Shown: positions 39,726 through 48,157 of the stretch, piece by piece | Layout of the letters: each line of letters starts with the position of its first letter | How positions within the stretch are numbered: position 1 is the stretch's first letter | NCBI GenBank assembly: GCA_965204755.1 | Contig: OZ242011.1 | Location: 704,001-768,000 of the forward strand | Direction of reading: 5' to 3' | Length of the DNA stretch: 64,000 nt | Origin: Candidatus Marinacidobacterium sp. | Lineage (GTDB): Bacteria > Acidobacteriota > Vicinamibacteria > Marinacidobacterales > Marinacidobacteraceae | Notes under the pieces: model-generated | Told to the model about the DNA's origin: nothing | What the model saw: only the letters and a program-made list of their open reading frames with translations | The model's database searches: none | Made by a program: the position numbers and the translations under genes

Positions 39726-40901
39726 ATGCCTCCCGCCGCCCCCGACCCCGGAGCGGCCCCCACCGAGGCCCGCTGCATCCCCGCCAACCTGGCGCGGCTG
39801 CGGCTCGACCGGGGCCTCACCCAAGGCGACCTCGCCGCGAAGGCCGGGCTGGCCCGGGCCTCCGTCGGACGGATCGAGCGCGGCGGAGTGACCCCGCGGA
39901 CCGGGACGCTGGAAACCCTCGCGAAGGCGCTCGGCGCAACCCTCGGCGACCTGGTCCTCCCGGTGCGGCCGCTGCGAACCGTGAGGTTCCGGGCGCGCGC
40001 CCGGATGCACGGCCGGGAACAGGTCCTCGCCGAAGTGTCGAAGTGGCTCGACGGCTACCTGCTGCTGGAATCCCGCCTCGACGACTCCCCCGAGTTCGGG
40101 TTCCGGCCGGCCCGGCGCCTCGACCCGGCGGCGCGCCCCCGCGCGGTCGCCGGCGCCGCCCGGCAGGCGGTCGGCTTCCCGCCGGACGCGCCCATCCCGG
40201 ACCTCTGCCGCCTCCTGGAGGAGAACGGCGTCAAGGTGCTCCCGCTGAAGACCCGGCGGGACTCGTTCTTCGGACTCAGCGTCGGGCCGGAAGACGGGGG
40301 GCCGGCCGTGGTCGTGAACACCTGGGAGCGGATCTCGGTGGAGCGCTGGATCTTCACCGCCGCCCACGAACTCGGCCACCTGCTGCTCCACCCGGACGAG
40401 TACCGCGAGCCGACGGCGGACCTTCCGACGCCGCCGGCGGCGGAACGGGAGGCGGACGCCTTCGCCGGCGAATTCCTGATGCCCGAATCCGCCTTCGCCC
40501 CCGCCTGGGAGGCGAGCCGGGGCGACCCGTTCCTGTCCCGCGTGCTGAAACTGAAGCGGATCTTCCGCGTCAGTTACCGGACGGTGCTCCACCGGCTGAC
40601 CGCAACCGAGCGCGCTTCCGGCGAGGCGTGGACCGTGTTCCGGGCGCAATACCGCGAACGGTACGGAGGGACGCTCGGCAAGGCCGACGAACCGTTCCCC
40701 ATCACGGAGAGCGCCGCCCGGAAGTGGCGGCGCGCCGACGAACCGGACGGCCTCTCCAGCAACGACTTCGGCGGAAACCGGCTCTCCCGGCTCGTGCGCC
40801 GCGCCCTCGACGAAGAGGTCATCACGATGGGCCGCGCCGCCGAGATCATGGGTCTCCGCCGCGCGGCCATGAGGGGGTGGATGCGGGGATGGGTCGCGTA
40901 G
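39726..40901 (+). CDS. XRE-HTH + ImmA/IrrE metallopeptidase fusion, paralog 3
   Basis: GLTQGDLAAKAGLAR HTH; AAHELGHLLLH; EREADAFAGEFLMP. Confidence 0.9.
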   Translation: MPPAAPDPGAAPTEARCIPANLARLRLDRGLTQGDLAAKAGLARASVGRIERGGVTPRTGTLETLAKALGATLGDLVLPVRPLRTVRFRARARMHGREQVLAEVSKWLDGYLLLESRLDDSPEFGFRPARRLDPAARPRAVAGAARQAVGFPPDAPIPDLCRLLEENGVKVLPLKTRRDSFFGLSVGPEDGGPAVVVNTWERISVERWIFTAAHELGHLLLHPDEYREPTADLPTPPAAEREADAFAGEFLMPESAFAPAWEASRGDPFLSRVLKLKRIFRVSYRTVLHRLTATERASGEAWTVFRAQYRERYGGTLGKADEPFPITESAARKWRRADEPDGLSSNDFGGNRLSRLVRRALDEEVITMGRAAEIMGLRRAAMRGWMRGWVA

Positions 40902-40960
40902 GTGGCTCCGAGCGGAGACCGGGGCTTCTGCTGGACGCCGATGTCGCGTCGGATTGCGCG
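40889..40960 (+). pseudogene. Truncated 5' remnant of the PIN gene
   Basis: MGRVGGSERRPGLLLDADV matches MGAVGGAAPKPGLLADANV, with the same 13-nt overlap on the ImmA gene; similarity then stops. Confidence 0.7.
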
Positions 40961-40997
40961 CGCCTCGGCTCTACGCGAAACGATGCGTCCCGGGCGG

Positions 40998-41090
40998 GCG
41001 CGGATCGACACCCTTCGCACCCACAGGATGCTCGGATCGAGACCCCTCCCATCCACCAGATGCGCCGATCGACACCCTTCGCGCTCACCG
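40998..41090. repeat. Three 32-bp-spaced GATCGA-CCC repeats, same family as 51751-51990
   Basis: CGGATCG at 41001 and 41033, CCGATCG at 41065; GCGCGGATCGACACCCTTCGCACCCACAGG resembles 51961-51990. Confidence 0.7.
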
Positions 41091-41240
41091 GGCACGGGAC
41101 CGACGACCCGCGGCCCCGCACGCGCTAACCTTTGGTTCAAGATTTCTCTCCCGCCCCGCCTCCGGGGCTCTCCTGATGCGGCCGACGGGAAGTTTCCGCC
41201 GACTTCGCCCTGGGGCTGAGTTGGCGGCAGAGGGCGCAAC

Positions 41241-41486
41241 ATGTCACACGAACTCACTCCGATCATCGTCAACGGCCGCAGGCGGCAGGTTGAGTTCAAT
41301 GAACTCACCTTCAACGAACTGGTGGACCTCGCGTTCGACGACCCGGCGCGCGGGCCACAGATCCTCTTCACCATCACTTTCCGCAACGCGGCGCATCGCC
41401 TCGAGAACGGCGAACTCGATCCGGGGCGGACGCTCCGAGTCCAGGAAGACACCGAGATCGATGTCACTCGAACCGACCAGTCGTAG
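41241..41486 (+). CDS. Multi-ubiquitin (beta-grasp) domain protein
   Basis: IIVNGR...LTFNELVDLAF...FTITF...G.L..G..L.V......DVTRTDQS fits the Multi_ubiq family as recalled. Confidence 0.75.
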   Translation: MSHELTPIIVNGRRRQVEFNELTFNELVDLAFDDPARGPQILFTITFRNAAHRLENGELDPGRTLRVQEDTEIDVTRTDQS

Positions 41487-41542
41487 CTTGGACCTTCACC
41501 CCCTTCCGACCCGGTAAGGTTCCTCTTCTCCGACTTCGTTCG

Positions 41543-42724
41543 ATGTCTTCTGCGCAACGTCCCGCCGAGCGTCGCTTGCGCTATCGCCTCGGAGTCCGAT
41601 GGTTTACCTTTGTTTTCCGTCGCGCCGTCAAGACTCGGGACATCATCTTCGGGATTTCTTACATACGACTGCGAGACCACTTTGATCTACCGCTGGAAGA
41701 CGACACGAAGGATCCTCTCGTGAAGTCCGCGATTGCGGCATTCTACTCTTGGGTCGCAGATAGTGCCCCTGCTGTCGACAGGCTCGAGTACTTCCGCTGG
41801 CTTGATTCCGATCCCGATTCGCTCGCGAATCGCAAGACACACTATCGGATTCAGTATCGTCTTCGCTCACATGCGGAAGACGGAAAAATAATTGCCGCAC
41901 GATATCGTACGCTGTACGACGAGGACATCACGGAACCTGACGATGCGACAATACTCGAGACGCACTCCGCTCTCAAGAAGCAATTGCGCAAGATACGCAG
42001 ACGCTATCTGGAAAAGGTCGCCGTACGCATCCGACTTTCACTCAAGGATGTCGCTTACGCCACACCGGTGTTTTCGGTAATGATCGCGCTCGGTGGGTAT
42101 TTCTATACGTCCCGTGTGTACGCACACTTCGGTATCGTCGCAAGCCATTTCTTTACCGCCGGTGACTACTTGTCTGCCAGCGTCCACGCAGTGGAGGCCG
42201 CAGCGCTTTCCGCTGTCCTGTTTGTTGCGTCAATGACTTGGCGAGCCGTGGCCGATGCCAACCTGACGCGGTTCGAGAGAAAGAAGTATGCCGCTCAGAA
42301 TATCTGGCCACAAAGACTCATCATGTTCTCATGTATTTTCGCCTTGATTACAGCAGACGCCGACATGAGAGCTACGGGATGGTTCGGCGTAGCTCTGTTT
42401 GTCGTAGGAGTGAACGTTGTCACTTTCCTTCTGGATCGTATATTTCGTTCATCAATTTCGCTCGTCTCCACTGTGTCTGCCGCCGTCGTATTCGCGGCCA
42501 TGCTGTTTGTGCAATCCAATCAGACAATCAAGAAGATTGAACAAAGTGACGATGTTCGGAACTTTCGTGTACTCATGAGGGACTCCGAGTTCACGAGTGA
42601 CGACTATTCCATCGTTGGGTCCAGCGGAAAGTACCTGTTCCTATGGAAGCGAGATGATGGACAGGTGAAGGCAGTGCCTCATGCTGAGATCCGATGGATG
42701 TCGCTCTCCGAGAAGACCGAGTAA
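41543..42724 (+). CDS. Hypothetical multi-pass membrane protein, low GC
   Basis: Soluble N-terminal half followed by about 5-6 hydrophobic segments; atypical codon usage. Confidence 0.7.
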   Translation: MSSAQRPAERRLRYRLGVRWFTFVFRRAVKTRDIIFGISYIRLRDHFDLPLEDDTKDPLVKSAIAAFYSWVADSAPAVDRLEYFRWLDSDPDSLANRKTHYRIQYRLRSHAEDGKIIAARYRTLYDEDITEPDDATILETHSALKKQLRKIRRRYLEKVAVRIRLSLKDVAYATPVFSVMIALGGYFYTSRVYAHFGIVASHFFTAGDYLSASVHAVEAAALSAVLFVASMTWRAVADANLTRFERKKYAAQNIWPQRLIMFSCIFALITADADMRATGWFGVALFVVGVNVVTFLLDRIFRSSISLVSTVSAAVVFAAMLFVQSNQTIKKIEQSDDVRNFRVLMRDSEFTSDDYSIVGSSGKYLFLWKRDDGQVKAVPHAEIRWMSLSEKTE

Positions 42725-42781
42725 GCGCGCACCGACCGTTGCACGTGCTCCGATATCTCAGTCCGTCCGCGGGATGGAGAG

Positions 42782-45700
42782 TTACTCGAAGAGTTTCTTC
42801 GGCCGGGAGGCTGCCTGGGAGCGGAGTCGGAACTCGTGCTTCGGTTCGGCGGCCAGGAGGTCGGCGGACGGGTCCCGCGCCGGCTGGCCTAGGGCCGACC
42901 ATCGGTGGTGTTCGGGCTGGGTGATGAGGTTGCGGGTGAGGAGGCGGTCGAGGACGCGTAGGCAGCCGGGCGAGTCGAGGTGGCCGGCCGAGCGGAGGAG
43001 TTGGAGGAAGGTGGGCCATTGGGTTCGTGGAGGGACGGCGCGGGAGCAGAGTTCGGCGACCAGGGCCGCTACGCCCTCATCGCCGAGGAGGCGGCGGGTG
43101 TATTCGTCTTCGAGGCGGGAGGCCAGCGCTCGGGCCAGGGAGTCGAGATCGCCCCCCTCGTCGTTCACCGGGGCGGTCTTGGCGATGCGGGCGGCGAGGC
43201 GCTCGCCGTAGGTCGCGGCGCCGAGGAGGTTGCGGGCGTGGAGGTGGGTCTCCCGTTCGCGCTCCTCCGGGGTCTGGACGAGTTGCCAGTCGTAGAAGCG
43301 GGGGCCGAGACGGCTGGCGACCGGTTGGTGTTCCTTCGCGCGGTCGTCGTGGCCGAGGCCATAGTCGGCAAGGCGCAGGGTCTCGGGGGCCATCCAGCCT
43401 TCGCCATGATTCTGGGCGAGGAACGCCTCAATCCCACTCTTTCGCTCGCCACCGGCCTCTTCAATCTTCTTCAAGAGATCGCGGAAGGCGACGACTGTCA
43501 GCACGGTGTGGCGCAGTTCGGGGTCCTTGTCCTTGTCCACGCGCCAAAAACCCTTGGCATCCAGTTCCCCAGCCAGGAACGAACCTTTGATGTTCGCCTG
43601 CGGAAGATCGCAGCGTTGCAATATTCGATGCACATCCTTCAGATCGAGACGAAACGCTACGAACATCACTGCCTCGATTACACAGCGAAGACGAACGCGT
43701 TCGTGTTCGGTCAGCGCTGGGAGCGTGTCGTTGAGTATTAGGGAGGAAGAGCAGAGTGACGAGTGACAAAGGTGTCCCAGTAGGGGTTGGACGCGGCCCA
43801 CTTCCCAAGTGTCCGGTTGTGGAAGGGGAGTCTCCGCCAGCACGAACCAGCTGGCGTCGAGCCCCGAGAGCCGAACACGCAGGCAATAGTCGTAGGCGAA
43901 CGAGTTCAGCACACCACTCAGCGTCGAGCACCATGCCGAGTCGAGGTTCAAGACGCTGACCTTGTGGCCACACGGCACCTGACCCAGAGGCGTCGCGATC
44001 ATTGCTCGTTCGTTTGTCGAAGAAGTGATCGCCATCGCCGCCACCTTCAGATCGGACGATTTCGACTCAGAACGGGTCGTTGACGCCATCAAGTACTGCG
44101 GTTCGATCTGCTTGTCTCGCCACGGTATCTTCCGCCACACTGCCCGGCGCCCCCGGCCGCTGACCCATCCCTTCTTGCTGATGTCGAACTGGCCGATCAT
44201 TCGACCCTCATAGAGCGGTAGAGCGATGGCCTCGATTCCAGCCTCGTGAATCCATTCTCCCCCACCCCGCGAAAGGACGACTCCCGCCGGAAGACGTTCC
44301 CGTTCAATGCCGCTGGCGGGCAATCGCCCTCGCAGATCGTCGATCGGACGCCAGTTGCCGAGGATCCACCGGCTGTATTCGTCGGGCCGGTAGCCCTCTT
44401 TCTCCCACTCGGGACGAGGCGGGAACAGTTCGGAGTCGCCGGTCATGTCGAATTCTCGTTCGTACCGGATTTGCCAGCCGGCCCGGCTTTCGCTGCCCAG
44501 AAGGACGGTGTGCCCATAGATCTTCCCTAGAATCTCCAAGTCTTGCCGTGACTGGATTTCAAGTATGACCCGGCTTTCGGGACTGAAGCGTCGCACTTGG
44601 TCTCCGTCGTACGGAATCGCGTGTTCTTCGGCTCGCTCCCAATCCGCGAGGTCATGGCGCATGAATGCCGTCCGGATAGTCTTGGTAACGCCGGACTTCT
44701 CTACGACGATCGGGCTGAATTTTTGGCGCTCGTCGATGGGGAAGATCCGTCGGCGGTTTTCGATGCTGAACAGCCACTCCCAACGGCAGCGTCCGAGGAA
44801 GTGGTCGCGGAGGTCGCGGGTGCCGTGATCTGAGTAGAGACCAGAAGGAACGAGCAAGCCCAGACGCCCGTGCGGCTGCAGTAAGCCCAGCGACGACTCC
44901 AAGAAGAGTTTGTAGAGATTCAGGTCGGCCGAGCCTTGACGGCGGAAGGGGTGTTCCTCGTCGCAGTAGGCGAGGGCCGTGCGCCTCAGTTCACGCCAAC
45001 GACTGTGGAGTTCATTACCCAATTTGCCGGAGGCGATAGAAAAGCGCTGTGACGACTTCTCGGCGACCTCGGGGTCGCCGAAGGGGCGGGCGGCATGGGA
45101 AGCGAAGTTCGATCTGGCGCGGAAATCGGACAGATAGTCGAGCCACCGGTCTTCGATGTCGTCGTCCTCGAAGTAGCGCTTCTGATTCTTCAGGGCCTCC
45201 TGCTTGCCGTAAGAGCGGTAGAGGGGATCGTGGTCCGAGAAAAACTCCATCGAAATCGGCTTAGCGACATCCCACGGAGGATTGCCGAGGACGGCGGAGA
45301 AACCCGCACCATCCTCGCGGAAGACATCGGGGAACTCCAACTCCCAGTGGAAGAAGCGCATTTGTTCGGCGATGCGCTGCGCCGCTCTTCGGGTCTTCGG
45401 CGTAGGCTTGGCCAAGTCCGCCGGAAGCGGAGCAGAGTCCAAGTCGTTGGCCGGCCAGAACCAGCAGGCGCACCATCGGTCCATCGCTTCCTTGAGCGAT
45501 TGCCAAGCAGAGGAGCCGAGGAACTCACGCCGATAGCGGTCAGCCAGCACCGCAGGGTCACGCACTGGCAACGAGTGGAGGAGTTGCAGCGTTGTTTGGG
45601 CCTCGTCATGGGCGTCCGCGATCTTCGCCAAGTGGTCCTCTTGGTCGAACAGGGTAGGGGCACTCAGGAACTCGCGCAGGTGCGGCTTGAGCCGTTTCAC

Positions 45701-48157
45701 CACGAAGTCCTTGATCGACCTGGCGCGAGCACCTTTCTCGAAGTGCACCCAGTTTCCGTGATTCTCGTCGCCGCCCTTCCGGTTTTTCCAAGCCATCACC
45801 GGGTAGTGGCGGAACTGGTCGAACCAGGCGCCGATGAGGGCGTTGCCGCATTTGATCTTGTGGTCGAGGAAGCCGAAGGGGAGTTCCCGGTCCATGGTCT
45901 CGATCCAGAGGGACAGGCGGCAGAGTTCCACGGCCAGGGGATCGAGGTCCACCGCGTAGATGCAGCGCTCGACGACATAGCGGCGGAGGACGGCCTTCAG
46001 GCGGGGCTCGAAGTCGTCGGCGTCCGGGGGCGCGGGAATGAGTTCCTCCGTCGCGCGGTCGCTGGCGCCGTCGGACAGGCCGAGGAGGCGGACGAGGGAC
46101 GCTTCGCCCCGGGGTTCGATCCGTCCGTGGAAGCGGAGGGAGTCGTAGAGCGCGTCCGTCAGGAAACGCAGCGCCGCCAGCGGGAAGGTGCCGGAGCCGC
46201 AGGCGGGATCGCAGACGGTGATCCGCAGGATGTCTTCGGGTTTCTTCGGTGACCACTTCGGACCGGGGGCGAAGCGGTCGGGTTCGCCGTCCTCGCCCGT
46301 CGGGGGATCGAAGGCGAGGGGGCGCAGCGTGCGCTGGACGGTCGGGATCGCGAGGCCGGGGCGGGTGTAGAAACTGCCGGAACCCTTGCGGGTGCCGCCC
46401 CAGCGCACGAGATACCACTCGCCGGGGGGCACGAGGCGGGCGACCAGGCGGTCGGCGGCAGCGGCGATCTCCCGCTCGCGGGTCAGTCGGTGTTCAGAGG
46501 TCAATCGTCCGCGCGGCTTCTTGACCAACCTGGCCGCTTCGACGGCGCGGAGCGCCCAGCGGCGGGCGCGTTCGCGGTATTCCGCGCCCTCGTCCGCCGG
46601 CGATTCGTCGTCCGGGGTTTCGTCGGCGTCTCCGGCGGCTTCCGGTTCGTCCGCCTTCGCGGCGTCTTCGGCGGTCGCTTCTTCCGGCTCGGCGTCATCG
46701 GCGGCGGAAGACGGCTTCTTCAACTTCTCGAAGAGCGCCTTCAGCGCCTTGTCCTCCATCTCTTCGAGGCGGGACAGCGGGAGCGCCGGGCGGTCGCCGA
46801 CCGGGAGGAAGACCACCGGGTCGTCCTCGGCGGCAGTCTTCAACTCGTAGTCGAGCAGTCCTTCGTAGAGGACGCCGATGTATTCCGACGAAAGGTCGGA
46901 GAAGTCCACCGGCGCGGCGACGACGGCGCTCGTTCGCCCCTTCCGCACGCGGATGCGCGTCCGGGTGAGGAGCCGCAGCATCGTATTCACCTGCTGGTCG
47001 GACGCCGTCTCGCTGTCGAAGCACGCGGTTTCGAAGACGGAGAGCGCCCGCGATACCCCCTCCGCGGAGTCGGGGGCGCCGGGGGCGAAGAGTTCTCCGC
47101 CGTATCGGGTGACCGGGAGTTCGGAGTGCGAGCAGCCTTCGAACACCAGGCGGAAGAGGGCCAGCAGGCGCGGCCAGGCGGCGGTGCGGTCGGAGAGCGG
47201 GCGGCCGGCCGCCTCGTGGCGCTGCAAGCGGTCGCGCAACGCGGTGAGGCCGTAGGCGGCGTCGTAGAGCGCGTTGTCGCGGGGGAGGAGGTCGCGGGAC
47301 TCGGCGTAGAGGACGACGACCATGCGCATCGCCACGCGGCAGGCGGCGCGGTAGATGTCCGCCGGGTCGGTTTCGCCGGCGATCCGCTTGAGCGGCTCGC
47401 CGTGGCTGCGGATCAGGATCTCCACCGCTTCGCGGACGCGTTCGCCGAGTTCTTCCGAGACAGCCGCCTGCCCCTTGCGGGTATCGCGGATCGCGCGGAG
47501 GAGCGGCGCGTCCTTTCCTTCCGTTTCGGGCGTCCAGGGCGGCGGGGACAGCAGGGTTCGCAGGGTTTCGACCTGGGGCGCGAGGCCGCCTTCCTCGAAG
47601 AAGGACTCGACGGTCCACTCGCACCACGCCTCGTAGTCCAGCCCGGCGAAGACCAAGCGCCATTCGCGCCCGTTGGTCAGGAGGGCCAGGTGCTCGCCGC
47701 CGTTCCGCAGCCATTCGACGACGCGGCTCATCTCGCGCCGGCCCTTGCCGACGCCGAGGCGCTGGCCCCGGTCGAAGAACACCGGCAGGCGGGCGCCGTT
47801 GCGGCCGGTCCACCGGGAACGCGGCTTCGCGAGTTCGCCGGTGAGGGCGCGGCGGCCTTCCTCCGCGGGAACCTCGTTGCCGCGCGTCCAGCCGCCCGAA
47901 CGGGCGAAACCGCAGACTTCGTCCAGCGTGTAGTTGACGAAGCGGCTGGCGGCGGCGGGGTCCTTCGAGTCGCCGAGCGCGTCGGCGAGCCGGCGGAACC
48001 GGGACTCGACGAGCCCGGTCAACGGCTCCTTCGGGACGAACTTCGCGAGTTCCGCCGCGCGGGCGGCGTCGAACAGCAGGCCGCCGTGGCGCAGGCGGTC
48101 CCAGCCGGGGAGTTGGAACTCGTCCGCCGCGCGGGAAGAGGGGCGCGGCCGCTTCAT
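42782..48157 (-). CDS. Type IIG/Eco57I-like N6-adenine DNA methyltransferase (DrmMI-like), 1791 aa
   Basis: LLTNGREWRL, IGVLYEGLL, RKGSGSFYT, CDPACGSGTF (motif I), FHWELEFPDVF, GNPPW (motif IV); ATGA overlap with the SNF2 gene. Confidence 0.9.
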   Translation of the reverse strand: MKRPRPSSRAADEFQLPGWDRLRHGGLLFDAARAAELAKFVPKEPLTGLVESRFRRLADALGDSKDPAAASRFVNYTLDEVCGFARSGGWTRGNEVPAEEGRRALTGELAKPRSRWTGRNGARLPVFFDRGQRLGVGKGRREMSRVVEWLRNGGEHLALLTNGREWRLVFAGLDYEAWCEWTVESFFEEGGLAPQVETLRTLLSPPPWTPETEGKDAPLLRAIRDTRKGQAAVSEELGERVREAVEILIRSHGEPLKRIAGETDPADIYRAACRVAMRMVVVLYAESRDLLPRDNALYDAAYGLTALRDRLQRHEAAGRPLSDRTAAWPRLLALFRLVFEGCSHSELPVTRYGGELFAPGAPDSAEGVSRALSVFETACFDSETASDQQVNTMLRLLTRTRIRVRKGRTSAVVAAPVDFSDLSSEYIGVLYEGLLDYELKTAAEDDPVVFLPVGDRPALPLSRLEEMEDKALKALFEKLKKPSSAADDAEPEEATAEDAAKADEPEAAGDADETPDDESPADEGAEYRERARRWALRAVEAARLVKKPRGRLTSEHRLTREREIAAAADRLVARLVPPGEWYLVRWGGTRKGSGSFYTRPGLAIPTVQRTLRPLAFDPPTGEDGEPDRFAPGPKWSPKKPEDILRITVCDPACGSGTFPLAALRFLTDALYDSLRFHGRIEPRGEASLVRLLGLSDGASDRATEELIPAPPDADDFEPRLKAVLRRYVVERCIYAVDLDPLAVELCRLSLWIETMDRELPFGFLDHKIKCGNALIGAWFDQFRHYPVMAWKNRKGGDENHGNWVHFEKGARARSIKDFVVKRLKPHLREFLSAPTLFDQEDHLAKIADAHDEAQTTLQLLHSLPVRDPAVLADRYRREFLGSSAWQSLKEAMDRWCACWFWPANDLDSAPLPADLAKPTPKTRRAAQRIAEQMRFFHWELEFPDVFREDGAGFSAVLGNPPWDVAKPISMEFFSDHDPLYRSYGKQEALKNQKRYFEDDDIEDRWLDYLSDFRARSNFASHAARPFGDPEVAEKSSQRFSIASGKLGNELHSRWRELRRTALAYCDEEHPFRRQGSADLNLYKLFLESSLGLLQPHGRLGLLVPSGLYSDHGTRDLRDHFLGRCRWEWLFSIENRRRIFPIDERQKFSPIVVEKSGVTKTIRTAFMRHDLADWERAEEHAIPYDGDQVRRFSPESRVILEIQSRQDLEILGKIYGHTVLLGSESRAGWQIRYEREFDMTGDSELFPPRPEWEKEGYRPDEYSRWILGNWRPIDDLRGRLPASGIERERLPAGVVLSRGGGEWIHEAGIEAIALPLYEGRMIGQFDISKKGWVSGRGRRAVWRKIPWRDKQIEPQYLMASTTRSESKSSDLKVAAMAITSSTNERAMIATPLGQVPCGHKVSVLNLDSAWCSTLSGVLNSFAYDYCLRVRLSGLDASWFVLAETPLPQPDTWEVGRVQPLLGHLCHSSLCSSSLILNDTLPALTEHERVRLRCVIEAVMFVAFRLDLKDVHRILQRCDLPQANIKGSFLAGELDAKGFWRVDKDKDPELRHTVLTVVAFRDLLKKIEEAGGERKSGIEAFLAQNHGEGWMAPETLRLADYGLGHDDRAKEHQPVASRLGPRFYDWQLVQTPEERERETHLHARNLLGAATYGERLAARIAKTAPVNDEGGDLDSLARALASRLEDEYTRRLLGDEGVAALVAELCSRAVPPRTQWPTFLQLLRSAGHLDSPGCLRVLDRLLTRNLITQPEHHRWSALGQPARDPSADLLAAEPKHEFRLRSQAASRPKKLFE

